DNA of 64,000 nucleotides from Bdellovibrionota bacterium (GCA_050950765.1 JBMNIF010000001.1:128001-192000), one strand, 5' to 3'; positions 52,361 through 62,652 are shown, numbered from the stretch's first letter. Made by a program: numbers and translations. The notes: generated by a model not told the origin, from the letters alone.

Positions 52361-54643
52361 TTACCTCTTTAATAAATCGCTTAGTCCAGCTAATGGGGTA
52401 TTTTTAAAGGTTCCCTGTGGGGGAGTGCGCTTTTTTGGTTTTTGCAACTGTTTTGTTAGTGTGTAGTTACTACCGTCATTGCTTTCTTTCTTCATGCTTA
52501 AGGCGATTTGTCGTTTATCCGTATCTACGTTAACTACTCTAACTGTTACACGGTCTCCTGGATTAACTACGGTACGCGGATCTTTTACAAAGTTGTCACT
52601 TAATTGAGAGACGTGCACTAAACCGTCCTGATGTACGCCAATATCAACAAAAGCTCCAAAATTCGCAACATTAGTCACAATACCAGGGCAACTCATGCCG
52701 ATTTTAAGGTCAGATAGTTCGTGGATATCTTCCCTGAAAGAAAATGCTACAAAGGTTTCTCGTGGATCCCTTCCTGGTTTTTCAAGCTCTTTAATAATAT
52801 CAGCACTCGTAAACTCACCGAGATCATTTTTAAAGATGCTATCTTTTTTTAGTAGGGCAGCACCAACGCCGATTAAATCACTTACTGTCTTGTTTAAACG
52901 TTCTGCCGTGATTCTTAACGCTTCATACCTTTCTGGGTGTACACCAGTATTATCTAAGGGATTTTCAGATTCCGGAATCCTTAAAAATCCGGCAGCTTGC
53001 TCGAAAGCTTTTCCGCTAAAACGTGGGACCGATAGTAAGTCTTGCCTAGATTTAAAAAGCCCTACATTTGTACGATACTCTACTATTGATTTTGCTAAGC
53101 TCGGTCCAATGCCCGAAACGTAAGTTAAAAGATGTTCCGATGCTGTGTTTAAATTAACTCCGACGGAGTTTACCGCAGATTCAACGACACGGGTTAATCC
53201 TTGCTTAAGAGCGGATTGTGATACGTCGTGTTGATATTGACCAACGCCGATACTTTTTGGATCCACCTTTACCAATTCTGCCAGTGGGTCTTGTAAACGA
53301 CGAGCGATGGAGATGGCGCCGCGTACTGTCAGATCTAAGTCAGGGAATTCTTGTCTTGCAACTTCACTAGCGCTGTAAATACTAGCCCCTGCTTCACTAA
53401 TAACTACAACTGGAATGTTTTGTTTTAACTCCGTAAGTACTTTACGAATAAAAGTTTCGGCTTCTCTGGATCCTGTGCCGTTCCCTATGGCAATGGCACG
53501 CAGAGCTGATTTTTCAATTAAATTTTTTATTAGCCCCTTTGCTTGTGTCTGCATGCCGTCATTTTCGATATGTATTACTCCGCTAGCAATATATTTACCT
53601 GTTTGATCTACCAAAGCTAATTTACAGCCAGTTCTTATGCCGGGATCTACACCTAAAACTGTTTTTGATCCAAACGGCGCTGCTAACAAAACCTTTCTGA
53701 CGTTTTCTGCAAAAACGGCAATAGCAGCTTCATCTGCTACCTGTTTAAGTTTGGTATGAATCTCTGCTGAAATTGTAGATAAAACATAATATTTAAAAGA
53801 GAGACGCGCTGCATTAAGCAAAATTTTTGCAGCTGTAGAATCCCTAGCAGTACAAGCTTCCGATTCATAACGTGCTTGGAGTCTATCCATTAAGTCTGGT
53901 GTAGAACCTGTAATGGTTAAAGTAAGTTCGCCCTCTTCTTCGCCGCGGCGTAATGCTAAATAACGGTGAGAGTTTTCCGGTTTTAAAAGTGATGAAATAT
54001 TTTCTGTGAATTCAAAATAATTTTCGAATTTGCTGTTTGGTTTCGGGTTCTTTCCTTTTTCGGAGGTAATGGCACCTTCTTTTAATAAAGATTCTCTCAC
54101 TAATTGACGTAATTCCATCAATTCAGTTAGTCGTTCTACAATAATGGCTTGTGCACCATCAAGGGCACCTTTGGTGTCATTGATATTCATCTCAGTGTTG
54201 ATAAAATCTGAAGCTTTTGTCTCTGCTGTAATATCAGTCGTTAAACCGTGCCCAACCTGCCAAAGCCAATCTGCCAAAGGCTCTAATCCAGCATCTCGTG
54301 CTACGGCGGCTTTTGTTTTGCGTTTTCGTTTATAAGGAAGGTAGATATCCTCAAGGGTGTTTAGTTCAAAACACTTCTCGATACTGTGTCGCAATTCCGG
54401 AGTTAATTTATTTTGTGCTTCGATCTCTCCGATAATAAATGCCTTACGTTTTTCTATTTCGTCCCATAGATTTTTTGCTTTGATGATAGTTTCAATTTCG
54501 ACCTCATCCAAACCTCCTGTCTGTTCTTTTCTATAACGAGCAATAAAGGGAATCGTACAGCCTTCTGCTGTTAATCGTAAAACAGCGTCGGCTCCTGCTA
54601 GGGGAATATTACTAAAGTTAGATCTAAACCAATCAACAAACAT
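52361..54643 (-). CDS. tex: Tex/YhgF transcription accessory protein
   Basis: TIPFIARYRKE, GVDPGIRTGCK, IGVGQYQHDV, C-terminal S1 domain. Confidence 0.95.
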   Translation of the reverse strand: MFVDWFRSNFSNIPLAGADAVLRLTAEGCTIPFIARYRKEQTGGLDEVEIETIIKAKNLWDEIEKRKAFIIGEIEAQNKLTPELRHSIEKCFELNTLEDIYLPYKRKRKTKAAVARDAGLEPLADWLWQVGHGLTTDITAETKASDFINTEMNINDTKGALDGAQAIIVERLTELMELRQLVRESLLKEGAITSEKGKNPKPNSKFENYFEFTENISSLLKPENSHRYLALRRGEEEGELTLTITGSTPDLMDRLQARYESEACTARDSTAAKILLNAARLSFKYYVLSTISAEIHTKLKQVADEAAIAVFAENVRKVLLAAPFGSKTVLGVDPGIRTGCKLALVDQTGKYIASGVIHIENDGMQTQAKGLIKNLIEKSALRAIAIGNGTGSREAETFIRKVLTELKQNIPVVVISEAGASIYSASEVARQEFPDLDLTVRGAISIARRLQDPLAELVKVDPKSIGVGQYQHDVSQSALKQGLTRVVESAVNSVGVNLNTASEHLLTYVSGIGPSLAKSIVEYRTNVGLFKSRQDLLSVPRFSGKAFEQAAGFLRIPESENPLDNTGVHPERYEALRITAERLNKTVSDLIGVGAALLKKDSIFKNDLGEFTSADIIKELEKPGRDPRETFVAFSFREDIHELSDLKIGMSCPGIVTNVANFGAFVDIGVHQDGLVHVSQLSDNFVKDPRTVVNPGDRVTVRVVNVDTDKRQIALSMKKESNDGSNYTLTKQLQKPKKRTPPQGTFKNTPLAGLSDLLKR

Positions 54644-54776
54644 ATAACCGTTTCATTTATAAATAAAAAAATAACAAACTGCGCAGAGAGGTGTTAGAGA
54701 TACCCCAATTAAAAGCGTCTGTCGACATTTTTTAAGATTAAAATCAGAGTAATTATTATTGATAAAAAGAACGTAA

Positions 54777-55967
54777 TTATGTTGTTAGTATTTTGCTATC
54801 TATTCTGTCATATAAGCTGTTTAAGTCACGTTGAAAGATCTCAAAAGTGTAACGTTCTTCGGCAAGTTCGTGTGCGGCATTCCCTATTTTATGGCGCAGA
54901 TCTGGATCTGAAATTAATTTTTTTAATCCTTGCGCATAGCTATCGGGTGTGGGATCTGTGAGGATTGAAACGGTGTTGTTTAAAACCTGTGTGTGCGTTG
55001 GAAGATTTGTCGCAATGATTGCTTTACCGGAATGTAGATATGAATATATTTTCATGGGAGTGTTGTTCCCACGTAGTCTGGGAGAAGCTAAAATGTCAGC
55101 TTGAAGGAGGTAGCTTTTTAAACGATTGACAGCTCTACGTCCTGCAAGGTGTGCTCTATCTGAAAGATTTAATGCTGAAATCTTTGTTTTCCCTGCTGAG
55201 ATATGTTCATCACTACCACCAATAATAACGAGATGTGCTTTATCAAAGGAGTGCGCAATTTTTGCAAAAGCATCAATCAAAAGACCGCAGCCCTGATAAG
55301 GTTCAAGGTTCCCGACATATAGAATAACCAAAGAATCAGGGGGGATGTTTAATTCTTCTCTAAGCGTCTGCTGTGAAGTTGTTTGAGAATTATCTAATCC
55401 AAGGAGAGATATGTCTCGTAAGATCTGAGTGTCCTGTGAACCCTGATTGTAGGCAATGGCAGCGAGAGCATCGCAAACAGGAACTACTGCCATACTGTGT
55501 TTAATGGCTCGTCCTTCAAGAAAAGAGAGTAGCGGGAGAAAAGGACGAAAAATGCGCCATTTTTCAGTTAATTGTTGTGCTATTGATGAATCCATGTCGT
55601 AGATATACGGAATTTTCCAAAATACTTTGATTAGCATTGCAATGAAAACAGATTCTTCTACGGCATGAACTAAGTCATAAGGATTTTTTCTATTTTTCCA
55701 AACTAGCTTCAAAGCAGTAAATAAAAAAATGATATCGCAAAAGAGTTTTTTAACGGAGATACCAGGGGCGATATTGTTTAGAAAAAAAGGTGCTTTGATC
55801 CGTATATGATTAACATTCGGTATGCTTATGTCAGTCCCTTCGTGATATGTTAAAAGATCGATAGAGTCTTCTTTTCTTGTGGCAAGAACTTGAACTGCTA
55901 ATCTAACAGCTATCGGAGTGCCACGGTCTTGAAAAAACGGTTGTGGTGCTAAAAATAAAATACGCAT
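54777..55967 (-). CDS. Glycosyltransferase family 4
   Basis: MRILFLAPQPFF..RGTP, YVGNLEPYQG, PMKIYSYL; start reset to 55967. Confidence 0.9.
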   Translation of the reverse strand: MRILFLAPQPFFQDRGTPIAVRLAVQVLATRKEDSIDLLTYHEGTDISIPNVNHIRIKAPFFLNNIAPGISVKKLFCDIIFLFTALKLVWKNRKNPYDLVHAVEESVFIAMLIKVFWKIPYIYDMDSSIAQQLTEKWRIFRPFLPLLSFLEGRAIKHSMAVVPVCDALAAIAYNQGSQDTQILRDISLLGLDNSQTTSQQTLREELNIPPDSLVILYVGNLEPYQGCGLLIDAFAKIAHSFDKAHLVIIGGSDEHISAGKTKISALNLSDRAHLAGRRAVNRLKSYLLQADILASPRLRGNNTPMKIYSYLHSGKAIIATNLPTHTQVLNNTVSILTDPTPDSYAQGLKKLISDPDLRHKIGNAAHELAEERYTFEIFQRDLNSLYDRIDSKILTT

Positions 55968-56010
55968 AGCATGGGATGATAAAACAAAAATTGTAAAAAG
56001 GACACCCGAC

Positions 56011-56066
56011 TTGTCCCTGGTGCCACCCACCAGCGCTAAGCCCTTGTCACTGGTGCCACCCACCAG
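56011..56066 (+). repeat. Pair of REP-like motifs downstream of the RAYT gene
   Basis: TTGTC(C/A)CTGGTGCCACCCACCAG twice; motif starts 56019 and 56052. Confidence 0.9.
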
Positions 56067-56278
56067 TACGACCTGCTTTGCTGTTTTTGCTCTTCTGACA
56101 GCCTTTTTTCTGCTTATGCCACTGCCAGCAAGCTTAGTTCACCTTAAATTTCCTTAAATTTGATACTACAACTTACTATTAATTGACTATTTTCAGATTT
56201 TAGATAGATCTTCCCTGTTGAAATTTAGATTTCATATTATTAACGGGTCAAAAAAGCAGCTTTTTTACATTACTTTTT

Positions 56279-57247
56279 TCAGGTCGCCACCCCGCAAAGC
56301 CTACCTACAATAGGCATACTCGGACGAAATGCCCCATAAACAAACTTGGCTGAAATATCACCTTGCTTCCACTTCTTCCAAGCCTTTCTACACTCTTCAC
56401 AAAAAGCCTTATATTCTGCTATCGCCTTTATCCGTAACTCCTTAATCCAACAAATTAAATACGGCGTACGTGTCTTCTTCTTAGGTACATACGCAATATT
56501 TATCGATTGCTGCTGCACTTTACGCATCCCCATAAAATGCCCCTTCCTTTCAAGTGCAATCTCTTCTTCCCTTTTTGAAATCTCTGTCATTATTGTTTTA
56601 AAGATCTCTTCAGACGTAAGGTTTTTTGATTCTTCAAAACAATTCTTCCAAGCATCAGGGGTAATCTTAAGCTCATGACAAGTGTGCGGAAACATATTAA
56701 GCATTTTTAATAAAATAGCATCGCTTATTTTATGAAGTCTCTGCGGTAACTTACGTAAATTAGTAGAAGAGGTATACTTACCCTGCACTGTTAAAGAACC
56801 TGATTTATACATTCTAAAACTACTACACCCTTCCCAATCAGCAGCGTGTGCAACGAGTCCTGCTTTTACAGGATTTATATAAATATAGACTATCTTATCG
56901 ATAACATCATTATGAGTTACCAAACGTTGCTCCTTAAAACGTCCATCCCAAACGTTTCTCCTATATTGCGGTGTTAGTTTCTTAATAGCACGTGCAACTG
57001 CACTTTCCATCTCTCCCATAAATGCAGAGATGTGCTTTCCTTCACCAACTAATATCATGTGAAAGTGGTTACTCATCCAATTAAAATGAGCAATTCTAAC
57101 ACGATGGTGCTCTTGGCAACGTGCCATAATCCCTAACAGGATCCATTTCATAAAAAGGCGTGCTAGAAATGGCAAGCCAGATAATGTTCTATTGGTGACA
57201 TGTACCACCATTTTATTAGGATTTCTCCTATCTCTACGATTTCTCAT
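56279..57247 (-). CDS. HUH/Y1 tyrosine transposase, REP-associated (RAYT-like), long form
   Basis: HVTNR, WMSNHFHMIL (HUH), VWDGRFK, YIYINPVKAGLV (catalytic Tyr), WEGCSS; no adjacent tnpB. Confidence 0.88.
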   Translation of the reverse strand: MRNRRDRRNPNKMVVHVTNRTLSGLPFLARLFMKWILLGIMARCQEHHRVRIAHFNWMSNHFHMILVGEGKHISAFMGEMESAVARAIKKLTPQYRRNVWDGRFKEQRLVTHNDVIDKIVYIYINPVKAGLVAHAADWEGCSSFRMYKSGSLTVQGKYTSSTNLRKLPQRLHKISDAILLKMLNMFPHTCHELKITPDAWKNCFEESKNLTSEEIFKTIMTEISKREEEIALERKGHFMGMRKVQQQSINIAYVPKKKTRTPYLICWIKELRIKAIAEYKAFCEECRKAWKKWKQGDISAKFVYGAFRPSMPIVGRLCGVAT

Positions 57248-57397
57248 AAGACAACTCCAGAAAAAAAATAAAAATAATTAATAAATTGGCAGAATTGCCG
57301 GTTAGCTTGGCAGGATTGCCAAATTCTAACGCCTAATTGTCGCTAGAGTTGGGATTTTATTGTGGGTAAAAATGAAAAAAGTTTGGAGATTGGGATT

Positions 57398-57871
57398 GGT
57401 GCCACCCTTTAGTGCGAGGATGGTGTTAGAAAAAGAAAAGAAGGGTGGCACCAGTTTTACCCCCGTGAAGACCTAGCTGATCCGTTTTACAGTTCCAGCC
57501 CGTCCGATTGTCCCTGAAGGGTGGCACCAGTGACAAGCCTGCAACAATTGCTGATTTAAGGGCAAAAAGAAGGGTGGCACCAGTTTTTTAACCCCCGTGA
57601 AGACCTAGCTGATCCGTTTTGCAGTCCCAGCCCGTTCAGTTGTCCCTGAAGGGTGGCACCAGTGACAAGCCTGCAATAATTGCTGATTTAAGGGCAAAAA
57701 GAAGGGTGGCACCAGTTTTTTAACCCCCGTGAAGACCTAGCTGACTCTGTTTTCAGTTACAGCCCGTTCGGTTGTCCCTGAAGGGTGGCACCAGTTTTTA
57801 CCCCCGTGAAGAGCTAGCTGATCCGTTTTGCAGTCCCAGCCCGTCCGGTCGTCCCTGAAGGGTGGCACCAG
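57398..57871 (-). repeat. REP-like array upstream of the RAYT gene: one forward and seven reverse motif copies
   Basis: GGTGCCACCC at 57398; GGGTGGCACC at 57443, 57519, 57572, 57651, 57704, 57783, 57860; alternating ~77-bp and 53-bp units. Confidence 0.95.
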
Positions 57872-57883
57872 TGCTAACCTCGT

Positions 57884-58960
57884 TTAATAGATAACAGGTG
57901 TTGTGATTCTCGGGGGGTTATTGCCGTATCTTGTGATGGTTGCTTGCATAAAGTAAGAAGCTTGGTTCGGATATGCAACGCGGGCGATAACTTCATAGGT
58001 GTTATTGCTCGTGCTGTTTGTAGTAATGATGCTCTTTAGTTCATTCTGTTGTTCTTTTGCAACTTCTGTAAGGTTGAAGAATTCATTTATATCATTAAAT
58101 TTTCCGTTTTCACGGCTATTTCGTTCTTCTATAATCCTTTCAGCGGTGTCTTCGTCAATTTTATCGTCTAGCGCCATCAGAATTTCTTTTGGGGCAATGT
58201 TAACGTCGATTTTGCCACTTCCTCTTGTTGTAATAAATGGCACAAGTAGGCGTAAGCGTTGTGGAGTAAAGCCTGGAATGTTTGAAAGCTCTTCACGTTC
58301 AATAATACTGGCGTAATCGTTTTTAAATTCACTACCCTCAGGCAAGGTATCTTCACATCCTTTTACGATGACGCCGTTTATAGTATCACTGAAAGATGTT
58401 TTATCTATATCCAAGTAATCTATTAAATTCCCCAACATCTCTTCTGGAGTGAAAACTTTATTCCCACATAAACCAGAAGGATTTTTTTCTTCTATGGCAC
58501 CGAGATCAAGAATTGTGAAAAGTCGTAAACATACCTCTCGTAACTTCGTAATTGTGTTGGAAACGGTCGTATTATTTTCAACTCTATGAATTGGAAAACT
58601 ACCCGTTATTGGTGTAATTTGAAGCGCTATTCTGGCACCTTCATTAGGATCCACTCCAAAAAATCCTAAAAATTCAGGAGGGATTTCTAGCCCGTCTTTA
58701 AACGGCTCCCAAGCTTCTGTATTGATAATATCTTGACTATTTGTGTTTTTGCCAACCTGAATCAAGCTAGCAGCATAGTTTGTCAGAGATTTGAGAATGT
58801 ATTCCGCTTTTAGACGATTTTTAATTACACCTATTGATTCAGCTTGTAAAAATGTTGAATGCGCCAAGCTTGTCACAAGAATTGTGGCAAAAGCTAAAAA
58901 CATAATGACCAGCAGTAAGACAACAGCGTTTTCTCCCTTTTGTTGATTGCGGTGTGTCAT
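57884..58960 (-). CDS. gspK: Type II secretion minor pseudopilin GspK-like protein
   Basis: QKG|ENAVVLLLVIM prepilin-like N-terminus, LIDYLDID, EELSNIPGF, KIDVNIAP..IL.AL. Confidence 0.8.
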   Translation of the reverse strand: MTHRNQQKGENAVVLLLVIMFLAFATILVTSLAHSTFLQAESIGVIKNRLKAEYILKSLTNYAASLIQVGKNTNSQDIINTEAWEPFKDGLEIPPEFLGFFGVDPNEGARIALQITPITGSFPIHRVENNTTVSNTITKLREVCLRLFTILDLGAIEEKNPSGLCGNKVFTPEEMLGNLIDYLDIDKTSFSDTINGVIVKGCEDTLPEGSEFKNDYASIIEREELSNIPGFTPQRLRLLVPFITTRGSGKIDVNIAPKEILMALDDKIDEDTAERIIEERNSRENGKFNDINEFFNLTEVAKEQQNELKSIITTNSTSNNTYEVIARVAYPNQASYFMQATITRYGNNPPRITTPVIY

Positions 58961-59154
58961 TCTTTCCTTATCTCCTTAATCGAGATGATAGATATTTTTA
59001 CAAAGAATAACCACTCCTTTCATCTCCTGACTTCTGAGTTTTTTGTCTAAAATTATTTTTTTAAGGAGTTAACTTATTAAAAAATAATGAGAAGTTTTGA
59101 AAAACATTAAAAATGCCTAAAATATTTTCATATAATGCTATCCACCAGTAGGCT

Positions 59155-59175
59155 AAAAGCAGGTGCCACCCATCA
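59155..59175 (+). repeat. Solo REP-like motif within a 21-bp direct repeat (left copy)
   Basis: AAAAGCAGGTGCCACCCATCA. Confidence 0.85.
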
Positions 59176-60315
59176 AATTTGATCTATAAAGGAGCAAATG
59201 GTTTCAACATCTTGGTTGTCTGTATAATAATGCGGTGAAAATCTAAACACAAACTTACTTCCATTATCTGGGAAAAAAATCGGACAATCCCAATCACATA
59301 CTAAAGAAACAACAATACTTTCTGTTTCCAATGCTGTTTTTATTTCCACTTCTTTTGAAGGGTCTTTTAAGTAAAATGACGCAATTCCAGACCTTGATTT
59401 TTCTTTACCGAATAGATAAATATTCTGATTCCTCATAATTGCATCTCGTATTTTGTTGGCCTTTCGTTCAATTTCTAGCGAGGCTTTCTCCACTCCATAT
59501 TCTAAATATTCATTGATTGCATTTCCTAATCCTAATAATGAAGCAATACTTTTTTCCCAAAGTTCAAACTGTTTTGCATCATCACGAACTTTCACTCCTT
59601 TAACATCGCCATTACTATCAAAAATTAGATCAGCAGATGCTAAATCAATCTGTGGTGTATAAATATTTGCACCATCCTTGACATATAGAATTCCTGTCCC
59701 TCGTGGTCCGCGTAGCCATTTTCTCCCAGCTGCAACATATGCATCACAGTTTATTTCTTTCATATTCGCGACTATTTGCCCAACAGCTTGGCAACCATCA
59801 ACAATATAGGTAGCGCCATATTTTCTAGCCATTTTCCCCATTTCTACCACTGGATTAACGATTGATCCTTGTGCTGCAACATGGCTAACAGCTAAAATTG
59901 TTCCTCCTCCTCGCAATGCACTTTCTAAGTTTTCTAATGAAAAATCCCCATTCGGCTTGCACGGAATCACATTCACTGAGCAGCCAGTTTTTTTTGCAAT
60001 ATCAAATATTGTTAATAAGTTTGTACCATACTCACTTGACAACGTAACAATCTTATCGCATGCACTTATTTTTATTCCATACATGATTAGATTCCAGCCA
60101 CGACTTGCGCTATCAACAAATGCTATTTCACTTTTATTATCTGCATTAAGCATTTTGGCTGATAATTCGTAAAATTTGTTTACATCTTCCTGCTTATCAA
60201 TTGCAGCTTTATATGCGCCAATCTTCATTTCAAGTTTCATGTGGTCCACAACAGTATTAAATGTTCCATTACTCATTAATCCTGCTCCGGCATTATCAAA
60301 ATACAGTGTTTTCAT
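59173..60315 (-). CDS. PLP-dependent class V aminotransferase (cysteine desulfurase/C-S lyase-like)
   Basis: YFDNAGAG, VDGCQAVG, AGRKWLRGPRGTG, RFSPHYYT. Confidence 0.9.
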   Translation of the reverse strand: MKTLYFDNAGAGLMSNGTFNTVVDHMKLEMKIGAYKAAIDKQEDVNKFYELSAKMLNADNKSEIAFVDSASRGWNLIMYGIKISACDKIVTLSSEYGTNLLTIFDIAKKTGCSVNVIPCKPNGDFSLENLESALRGGGTILAVSHVAAQGSIVNPVVEMGKMARKYGATYIVDGCQAVGQIVANMKEINCDAYVAAGRKWLRGPRGTGILYVKDGANIYTPQIDLASADLIFDSNGDVKGVKVRDDAKQFELWEKSIASLLGLGNAINEYLEYGVEKASLEIERKANKIRDAIMRNQNIYLFGKEKSRSGIASFYLKDPSKEVEIKTALETESIVVSLVCDWDCPIFFPDNGSKFVFRFSPHYYTDNQDVETICSFIDQI

Positions 60316-60326
60316 TATTTATCCTC

Positions 60327-60547
60327 TCAACTTTCTGCAACAAATTTTGCAATAGCAACCCCCAGTTCTCTCAAATTCCAAACTGTCGGATTTGAATCAT
60401 TATCGGTTATCATGCCTCGCAATTCTAAATCCCTCACAGTGTTACGCAGCTCAATCTCTGGCACAGCAACCATTTCCGAAATCTTTATCGCCGAAAGAGA
60501 GTCGTTGTTCTTATATATTGCGGATAGAATTTGAAGTTGTATAAAGT
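60327..60547 (-). pseudogene. 3' remnant of a gene ending in a winged-helix-like domain, cut by IS1634
   Basis: Open frame FIQLQILSAIYKNNDSLSAIKISEMVAVPEIELRNTVRDLELRGMI...AES* reaches the IS end at 60548; not in the ORF track. Confidence 0.6.
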
Positions 60548-61348
60548 CCTAAATTCCCGTTTTTTTATAGTCTACACCTTAGTATTTAATATTTTATCGA
60601 CAAAAATCTTCTGGTCAATTTCTAATGCTTCTAAAATATCTTTTTGTTTTTTTGTTAATGGCTGTAGTAGCATGCTCAGATTTTCATTATCTATGCGTCT
60701 TATCATTTTAAGCGTTTCTAAAACTCTCTGAATGGTTTTTTCTACTTTTTTGTTATTATTATTTATAGTTCTTTGTAGGTCTGACCACATAATTAAGCTA
60801 AGAAAGGAAACGAAGCTTTTGCCGTCAGTAGTTTTTTCATTATGTGTTAGCATACGGTCATTATCCAATTCATTTTTTAAATTATCGAAAGCTTTCTCAA
60901 TAAAGTCTCGTCGTGAATAGATATGAAGTGCTTCTTGTGGTGTCATTGTTGAGTGGTTACTCAAAAAAGCAAAAACTCCTAGCATAGATAAGATATCGGT
61001 AATTTTTTCATGATCTCTTTCAAAACTTTCTAACTGCACTTCTTTCTTAGTTTTTATTTTGTAGTATTTAGAGTAGCGACTCATACTCATAGGCTTTTTC
61101 ATTTCTTTTAGTTCATCTTCTAATCTGTCAATATGAGAGTAAAGAGTGCTCTCTTCCTCAGATGCACTTTTTGTATTTAAGTAAACGTAGAGAGAAAATT
61201 TTTCTCCATTTATCACAATATCTTTTCTTACCCCATAACAATTTGTCCCAGATATGTGATTCCTAGAAGAGCGAAGAGTAACAGATACTTCCCTCATAGT
61301 GTTCTGCCTCTGATGGAAATGGACTTTTGTCATGCCACAAAACCCTAG

Positions 61349-62311
61349 TTAACACACCTGAGCTTGTTGTTCAATGTTGTAGTTAGTAAGAGAGGGGTAC
61401 CCCTCTCTTACTAACTTGCGATGTGCTCTAGCAGCTTCCAATTTGCTGTCTCGAGCTCTAAATATCTCCTCTTGCTTGTTATTCAATCTATCATTTGGTG
61501 TTATATAACCTAGCGCACAATGTAACCGCTGATTGTTATATTCTTCGACAAACTTACTCACTATAGTTTTCGCATCATCAAGTGATACTGGAGTGTTAGG
61601 TCGTATCGCTTCTACTTTTAATGTCCCATTAAATCTCTCCATCTTACCGTTCGATTGTGGATAGAACGGTGATGTCTTGACGTGAGTCATACCAGATATC
61701 TTTATAAAATTCTTAAACTCTTTTGAAATATAGGCTGAACCGTTATCTGAAATAATTCGCGGTCTTGCGTCTGGAAAACTTTCTCTAGCCTTTTGTAATA
61801 CTACTTCAATATCTATTTCTTTCATCGATTCTCTAATGTCCCATGCAACTAAATACCGACTACATCCATCCAAAACTCCAATAAAATAGTAAAATGTGCC
61901 ACAAATATTGATATATGAAACATCCGTATGCCAATGTTCATGCGGGTTAAGTGGTTGTTCAAATCCTGTCCCTTTCTTGCTTTTTAAACCATTCCAGCAA
62001 CGCATTAAGCCAGCACTTTTCAATACTCTATAGGTCGTCGCAGGGGATACTGCCACAACATCTGCGTCAAGCATCATGTATGTTAATGCTCGATAACCTA
62101 CTCTTGAGTGCTCTAAATAATACTTAATAATAGCCTCCCTTTCACTGGGTAATAGCCAGTAATCTCTCGGAATTAGCCCGTTATGAAAGTTCTCTTTACC
62201 GTAATGTTTTTCCCAAGCATAGTACTTGCTCCGTGTTATCCCTAACCTCTTTATAAACATCTCCCGCTTCATTTCTGATTTCTCTTGCCATTCATGTACA
62301 AAATCTATCAC
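61349..62311 (-). CDS. IS3 OrfB DDE transposase
   Basis: Protein identical to 47233-48195. Confidence 0.92.
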   Translation of the reverse strand: MIDFVHEWQEKSEMKREMFIKRLGITRSKYYAWEKHYGKENFHNGLIPRDYWLLPSEREAIIKYYLEHSRVGYRALTYMMLDADVVAVSPATTYRVLKSAGLMRCWNGLKSKKGTGFEQPLNPHEHWHTDVSYINICGTFYYFIGVLDGCSRYLVAWDIRESMKEIDIEVVLQKARESFPDARPRIISDNGSAYISKEFKNFIKISGMTHVKTSPFYPQSNGKMERFNGTLKVEAIRPNTPVSLDDAKTIVSKFVEEYNNQRLHCALGYITPNDRLNNKQEEIFRARDSKLEAARAHRKLVREGYPSLTNYNIEQQAQVC

Positions 62312-62346
62312 CTCATCTCGTATTTGTGGCTCAACCCAACGCTTCG

Positions 62347-62652
62347 TTAAAGCTCCCCAAGCTTTTTTTTTAAATCTATATGAAGCCCCAAAAGCTCCGC
62401 TAGCGCAGAATCCTTCTTCGTTAGCTTCTTCTCCAAAATATCTATCCGTTCAGCTTGCTTCTTTTCTTCTTTCCTACCATTTTTATTCCGCTCAAAAATT
62501 TGGATAGCTCCCTCAAATAATAGCTTCTGCCATTCATAAAATGTACTAATGTGTACGCCGTATTTATCGCATAAACTCGATAACGGCTTATTTCCTAATA
62601 AATGCTCCTTCAGTATCTTAACCTTATCTTCTGCACTAAAATGTTTTCCCAT
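62347..62652 (-). CDS. IS3 OrfA
   Basis: Protein identical to 46892-47197. Confidence 0.92.
   Translation of the reverse strand: MGKHFSAEDKVKILKEHLLGNKPLSSLCDKYGVHISTFYEWQKLLFEGAIQIFERNKNGRKEEKKQAERIDILEKKLTKKDSALAELLGLHIDLKKKLGEL

Noticed and set aside
55968..56063. GT4 N-terminal extension MGGTSDKG...
   Set aside because: It derives from the two repeat motifs; the family-typical start is MRILFLAP at 55967
56279..57247. IS200/IS605 element
   Set aside because: No tnpB, the protein is much longer than TnpA, it has the RAYT-type NPVKAGLV motif, and it is flanked by many repeats
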